Shown in pieces: positions 58,601-64,000 of a stretch of 64,000 nucleotides of DNA. Positions within the stretch are counted from its first letter, which is position 1. Every line of letters begins with the position of its first letter. A program made the translations under genes and the position numbers. Origin of the DNA: Selaginella moellendorffii (lineage: Eukaryota > Plantae > Lycopodiophyta); the NCBI RefSeq assembly GCF_000143415.4, contig NW_003314338.1:62001-126000 (forward strand), in the 5' to 3' direction. The notes beneath the pieces are model-generated. The model had not been told where the DNA came from, ran no database searches, and saw nothing but the letters and a program-made list of their open reading frames with translations.

Positions 58601-59463
58601 CAAAATGACTCCCGGCCATATTGTGACATACGAGGACTTGTGCACGACTCTGAGAGCTCGTGCGCTATTGAAGGATTGGATCTTCGAGCAAGTGGCCGTG
58701 GAGAGGGTGAGCATCGACACCACGCAAGAGATGATGGAAGCGCTGGAGTTGTCAAATGAAGACATCGACGAGTACGTGAAGGGGGCCCCCAAGTTCATCG
58801 ATCTGCTGCGGGATGCCACGAAAAGTAAAGCTGAGAAGTTGGATCAGTATCCAAATTTCATTAAGATTGATGTCGACCACCGGCTTCAGAAACAGCTCGA
58901 CCCCGCAGCAGAGGCCTATCGAGAACCTTACCGGGTATACTTGAATTTGGATGAGGATCAAAGGTGGAGGAGCATCGTTTCCCACGGAGATGAGCAGGTC
59001 AAGAACATCTTTTGTGTGATGGACTTCACAAACGAGGAGATCACTCATGCAGACGAAGTCAGCTCCATCATTGACTTAATGGTGGGACTTGCGGAGGTGG
59101 AATCTTCAGTCCACTATATGATCTACGACTCCGAATCCTATCACAAGTTCTGGAAGGCCTTGAACGAGGTGAAGGCTCGGTTGAAAGGCAAGGAGACGCG
59201 GGAGATCCATGGAATAATGGCTAAGAAGAAGATACCGACGAATGTCCGCATCTTCACACTCGCCCTTGTTATTGGTCCTGCAGCAGAGTGGGACTGGAGT
59301 GACTTCCCAGCTTCGTTCGACAAGGCCAATCGAATTGATCTAAGGGAGGTCAATTTACCCGTGCCTGAGGAACTGAAGACGGCTATGGAGCTTTTGAATC
59401 AAAGAAAGCTCCAGGTGCAGCATGGGAAATGCTCAGTTGGGTCTTCAACGCAATAGCGGGTGG

Positions 59464-61283
59464 TGTGAGACACAAAATCCCTAGGCCCCAAAGTGGAGCC
59501 GGAAGGGCGCCACATGGTAGTGGCCGAAGCGAGAGCCAAACGAGCGTAACACGTTTGGACCAAAAGCTCCGACTTGAAAAGTCAAGAGCGGGAGTGGAAC
59601 TCCCAACGAAGTGCTCGAGGAACGAGCACGAAGCGAGCAAAAGGCGAGGCTCCAAAAAGGGACCCAAAAGGACCAACACATGACACGTGGGAGAGTCCGA
59701 GATGGAGTCCGAGGTGGACCCGAGATGGACCCGAGATGGAGTCCGAGATGGAGTCCGAGATGGAGTCCGAGGTGGACCCGAGATGGACCCGAGTTGGAGT
59801 CCAAAGTGGAGTCCGAGATGGACCCGAGATGGAGTCCGAGATGGAGTCCGAGATGGAGTCTGAGGTGGACCCGAGATGGACCCGAAATGGAGTCCGAGAT
59901 GGAGTCCGAGATGGACCCGAGATGGAGTCCGAGATGGAGTCCGAGATGGAGTCCGAGGTGGACCCGAGATGGACCCGAAATGGAGTCCGAGATGGAGTCC
60001 AAGATGGACCCGAGATGGAGTCCGAGATGGAGTCCGAGATGGACCCGAGATGGACCCGAGATGGAGTCCGAGATGGAGTCCGAGATGGAGTCCGAGATGG
60101 AGTCCGAAGTCGAGACCGAGACCGGAACCGAGACCGGGACCGAGACCGAGACCGAGACCGAGATCGGGACCGAGACCGAGACTGAGCCCGAGACCGAGAC
60201 CGAGGCCGAGGTCGAGACCGAGCCCGAGCCCGAGTCCGAGTCCGAGTCCGAGTCCGAGTCCGAGTCCGAGTCCGAGTCCGGAGCCTGAGAGGGTGAAAGC
60301 CCAAAGCGTTCGTCTCCCAGACCCTGGGGGGTTTGGTGAGCTCCAAAAGTATAGTAGGGGGAGGACTGCAGTGGAGCCAGTTTGGCCAGGAAAGGCCAGT
60401 TTGGCCCAGGAAGGCCGGACCCAGTGTTGGGTGATGAGCTGCCCACTGGGAAGTCCAAGACTAGAGTGAACACGGACCGACAAGCGGGGTAGCTTGGTGA
60501 AGTGTTCAAGAGCCGGCTCTAGTTCCCCTGGGAGATCGACTGGCCGATGCTCCCAGTCCAAGTGTGGGTGGCACTACCTACTTGGATACCTGGTGTGGCT
60601 CAACGGAACCTGCTCTAAGCCCATGGCTAGAGCACCCAAGGGTAGAAGGCGAGGAGAGTACCCAGGTGGCTCGCGTAAGGCCACGGTGTTCCGAAATGTT
60701 GTCCCAAAGGCCCAGACTGTGGAAAGGACGAGGAGCAGTCCTCTGGGGTAGTGACCAAGGACACAGTCACACAGTGAGGAAGTCCTAGAGGATAGTGGGA
60801 CTTAGTGGTCGGGCCGGTGGGCCTCGATCCAGTGGCAGTGTTGGCGAACACAGCCAAGGACAGAAAGGGACTTGGTGGGGACCGGAACAGAGATATTGGG
60901 GAAGGCTATTCCCCATGTTTGTAGGCATCCTAAGGATTTTATGGACTGGATCTGGGATGATCACTCATGGATGGATGACCCAGTCTTTGAGAGACGGGAT
61001 TGGAATGTAGGTCGTGTTGGACCACCAGTGTGACCGAGGTAAATGGGCATGGCCTTAGCGTAACGGGCCGATATGTCGGTGGTACCTTGGGGTGTCGATC
61101 ATGGGATCGGACACGTGGAGCACTTGGACCAAGTGCTAAGGTTGAGTGGCATGGATGCCATTCTCGGGGCTAGCAAGCCCCAAGTCCTGAGTTGGGCTTA
61201 TGGAGGTTGTGAATGAGACTCTTCCAAGTGGTCGGAGGTGCGGTTAAGTGACTAAAGTAGAATGGAAAAATTAGTCGCTTACA
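59464..61283 (+). mobile_element. Family B solo LTR (1820 bp) with 5-bp TSD GGTGG
   Basis: TGTGAG...CTTACA; GGTGG at 59459-59463 and 61284-61288. Confidence 0.92.
59690..60285 (+). repeat. Hexamer-based tandem array inside the family B LTR (GAGATG/GAGTCC/GACCC/GAGACC units)
   Basis: Directly visible; shorter versions at 45617-46030 and 50890-51270. Confidence 0.92.
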
Positions 61284-64000
61284 GGTGGGTCACCTGCTTC
61301 TGACTCCAAGGGCAAATGCGTTGTCGAGTACAACTGCGGCGGACTATTCTTTCGAGCCGCACTACTCAAGGGTGTCCCGTGTGTTGCGGTGACAAACTCC
61401 ATTGAAGAGGTGACTTCAATGGAGCATATAATTATAGTTGCCAAAGAAAAACAGTATCTTCTCTGCAAACCTGGTGAGTACACACTTTAAGTTTAAATGT
61501 TATCTCACAAGCTCTGTATGCAGGAGCGTGGCCACCCCCAGATGCTGAAACGGCGTTAACAGCTACTGTTGAAGATACCCATGTTGGGCCGAGCTCACAA
61601 CCTGCACAAGGTAAGGTCACGTGAGGCCTCACGCCATTTTGATTATAGATCGTTGTGAATATTCAGACACGAGGACTGAAAAGCGCACTAGTGGCGCATC
61701 GAAGAAGGACAAACAGACAAGCAATAGGAAAAAAGGAGGTACAAATTATATTTGCAATGGCGTGTGGTCTCATGCCATTCCTTGCAGGAGAAACTTCTTC
61801 AAAGGCAAAATAGGCAAGCACCAGCCAAGCTCAAACTGACAGTGGTCATAAAAAGCGAAAGCACGTTGGACAGTCGTCGAGATTAGAGGCGTTTGATTCG
61901 AAAAGGAAGAAGGGCAACGAAAAGATGATAGGTAATGCCTCGCGGTTATGGCGTGTGTGCTCATGCCATTCATTGCAGATCAAGGGCTGAGTGAAAGCAG
62001 GCAGTCACCACCTCATGACTCAGATTCCTATGGCAGACTCCCCTTCCCCAATCTCAATGGAGAGGTACAATGGATGAGGGAAGCTTTTCAAGTCAGGGCC
62101 ACGTTTTTCTCATCTCGTCGTTTTCGAAAGGTGCAAGAACGTGCAGAAACCATGTTAAGACAGTCGGGTGAGGATACGGTCCTAGGTCACGCACTAAAAC
62201 AGGCTATGGATGTCTTGTATTTTGAGATGGAGACTCGGCCAGATGATTTTCCCAAGATGGTCCTGGAAGAACAAGCCATCCAGCCTGAGCAGCCTATGGA
62301 AGAAATGCAGGAGGGGGATGAGGAGCCAGAGAAAGATAATGAGCAGGAAGAGCAGAAGGACGAAGAGGAGGACAAAGAAGAGGAGGACGAAGAAGAGGAG
62401 GATGAAGAGGACTTGGATGGTCCTCACAATGGTGACGATCACAATAACGACGACGACAATGATGACGACGATGGCCAGCCTGAGGTGGCCAAAGAGCAGC
62501 GGAGGAAGGTCATACAAGACAAACCATCAGGTAAATAATAGTACATCCATTCCTAACCTTTTACCATTTCTAACATTGTCCATGTAGGTCGCAGAGCAAA
62601 TGGTAAGTAGAGATTATTCAGTTGAATTTACAAACTCTAGCCTTTAGTGTCGAGGAAGGATAGTGCCAAGCAAGGGTCGAAACGTATGTCCAATCCTTCA
62701 GAATCAGCAGTGCACCCAAGTGATATCGGTCCTAGTTCCTCAATAGCAGTTGATGGTAAATACAGTATAGTCGATTCAATGTGCTAATGAGTTTGTTTTT
62801 AGTAGCACGGGAGGATACCATCTCAATCGAAGGGAGATATTTGGACATGCATATGGATCCGCCAGTGGACTCTACTTGGCTGCAAGAGTCATCAGAGCTG
62901 GTGGAGGCTACTATCCATATCAACGCCAAGCAAGCTGACCACGCTCCACTTGATGCTGCCCATACCACTGAGTCAATCTTGTCCACGTATCCAACTGACG
63001 GTGACCAGGCGCCATTGGACCCACATGAGGCCACCCCAGCCGCCGAGCTGGTCGTATCCTCATTTCCAACGGACTCAACGTGTGCCCAATCGTCTGACTA
63101 CGCGCCGTTGGAACCTCCCTACACCGCCCCTGCTGCCTGTTCGGTCATATCCACTTTGCCAATGGAGGCACCAGCTGAAATGGCGTGTGATCACATGCCA
63201 TCGGAACCACCCCATGCCACTGTTGAGCCAGTTGTACCAAAGTCTACAGCTGAAATGGCATGTGCCCACACGCCATCGGATGCGATTGACCCCACATTGC
63301 AGAGGAGAGTATTTCCGCCCTTCACGTTTCCTCGACCAAAACCCTCTCAACGACTATCGGGAGCAACATTCGCTAATATTGTAGATGGTAAAATTGACTT
63401 GTACCATTTTTTATGCTGACGCAGATGGAACGGTATATCAGAAGCCATTTGATCGGACAGACACCAATCATCATTTATGGCATGTATATTGTCTAGCCAA
63501 GCACTATCCGCATCTCCATAATCTGCTCAACCGGATGGGTTCTTTGACCACTAAACATGAGCGTGGACGTATTAGAGAAGAGATGGCATTACTATTGGGT
63601 TTAAATCCTGATAGTGTGGAGAGTGATGAAATTCCAAGATTATTGTATAGGCGTTGGAGGCAAAAAATAACAGTCTAAGATGGCATGTATTTATTTTAAA
63701 ATGTAACTTATTATGGCATGGGGTTCCATGCCATTGTATTAATATTAAAAGACAATTCTTTGAGAGGATTTGCATTATACTAGAAGTGTTACAGCATGTT
63801 ATTGGAAGTCTATGAAGTTGTTTTATTAATAATGGGAAAGTAAAGATTGAATGGGGACTTGGGCTCCACCTAGACTCGGAGCAACTGAGCCAATATTAAA
63901 AGGATGGAAAGAAATTGGACGACGATGACAAGGAGAAGAGAGAGGTGAAGCAGTGGCAGGGGGAGGAGAAGTGATTGAGTAGACATTTCCTTGTTTAAAA

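Larger units (their letters stand above)
56851..63678 (+). pseudogene. Large multi-exon gene with ParB/Srx-like domain and degenerate methyltransferase-like segment; disrupted by stops, a frameshift and a solo LTR; limits approximate
   Basis: ORF 57582-59456 has YTIDVSRI...NHRLVSDEWVEKLKQKM...FYAVSGQHSSLA (ParB-like GxH motif). Coding continues across the solo LTR; many short GT-AG introns; acidic and Pro/Thr-rich exons downstream. Confidence 0.55.
51960..63740. mobile_element. Putative large DNA transposon (ends not identified; may run past the window) with two divergent genes and about 20 dispersed 22-bp palindromes
   Basis: The palindrome ATGGCRTG-NGGCCN-CAYGCCAT was seen only in this span, which also holds a transposase-like ORF and a ParB-like gene. 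Confidence 0.6.

Noticed and set aside
60284-60320. Hammerhead ribozyme / retrozyme-like look of CTGAGA-GGGTGAAAGCCC-AAAGC
   Set aside because: Lacks the exact CUGANGA and GAAA core spacing, has no convincing stems I and III, and CTGAGA is absent in the family C and 49.6-kb copies.
59383-60561. ORFs of 200-390 aa in several frames (also at 45334-46228 and 50684-51408)
   Set aside because: Translations of a stop-free hexamer repeat inside LTRs, not genes.
51960-63740. Palindromic repeats as a CRISPR array
   Set aside because: Spacing is irregular (57 bp to several kb), copies are degenerate and lie in introns and exons, no cas genes, eukaryotic context.

Overview
Eukaryotic plant genomic DNA. 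The tiny introns, very short intergenic spacers and gene set suggest a compact non-seed-plant genome such as the lycophyte Selaginella (inference). 1-14 kb: seven tightly packed housekeeping genes (SEC15, KRTCAP2-like, MSP1/ATAD1-like AAA ATPase, AIP1, PRK, sorbitol dehydrogenase, beta-adaptin). 14.07-32.9 kb: an 18.8-kb scrambled concatemer of about 11 forward and inverted pieces of one young ~5-kb Ty3/gypsy element. It is bounded by intact LTR ends and a single 4-bp TSD, contains a captured poly(A) tract, and sits inside an old copy of the same family. The element has a G_GGA_AAC slippery site plus H-type pseudoknot (-1 frameshift signal) and a tRNA-Ala-type PBS. 33-52 kb: nested, decayed LTR and MULE remnants around one ARID-ELM2-SANT gene. 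52-64 kb: a probable large DNA transposon with a divergent gene pair (DUF7869/Sola-like transposase; ParB-like plus degenerate methyltransferase-like protein split by a solo LTR), studded with about 20 copies of a 22-bp palindrome, many of them in introns. All calls are from reading the sequence by eye; no searches were run.
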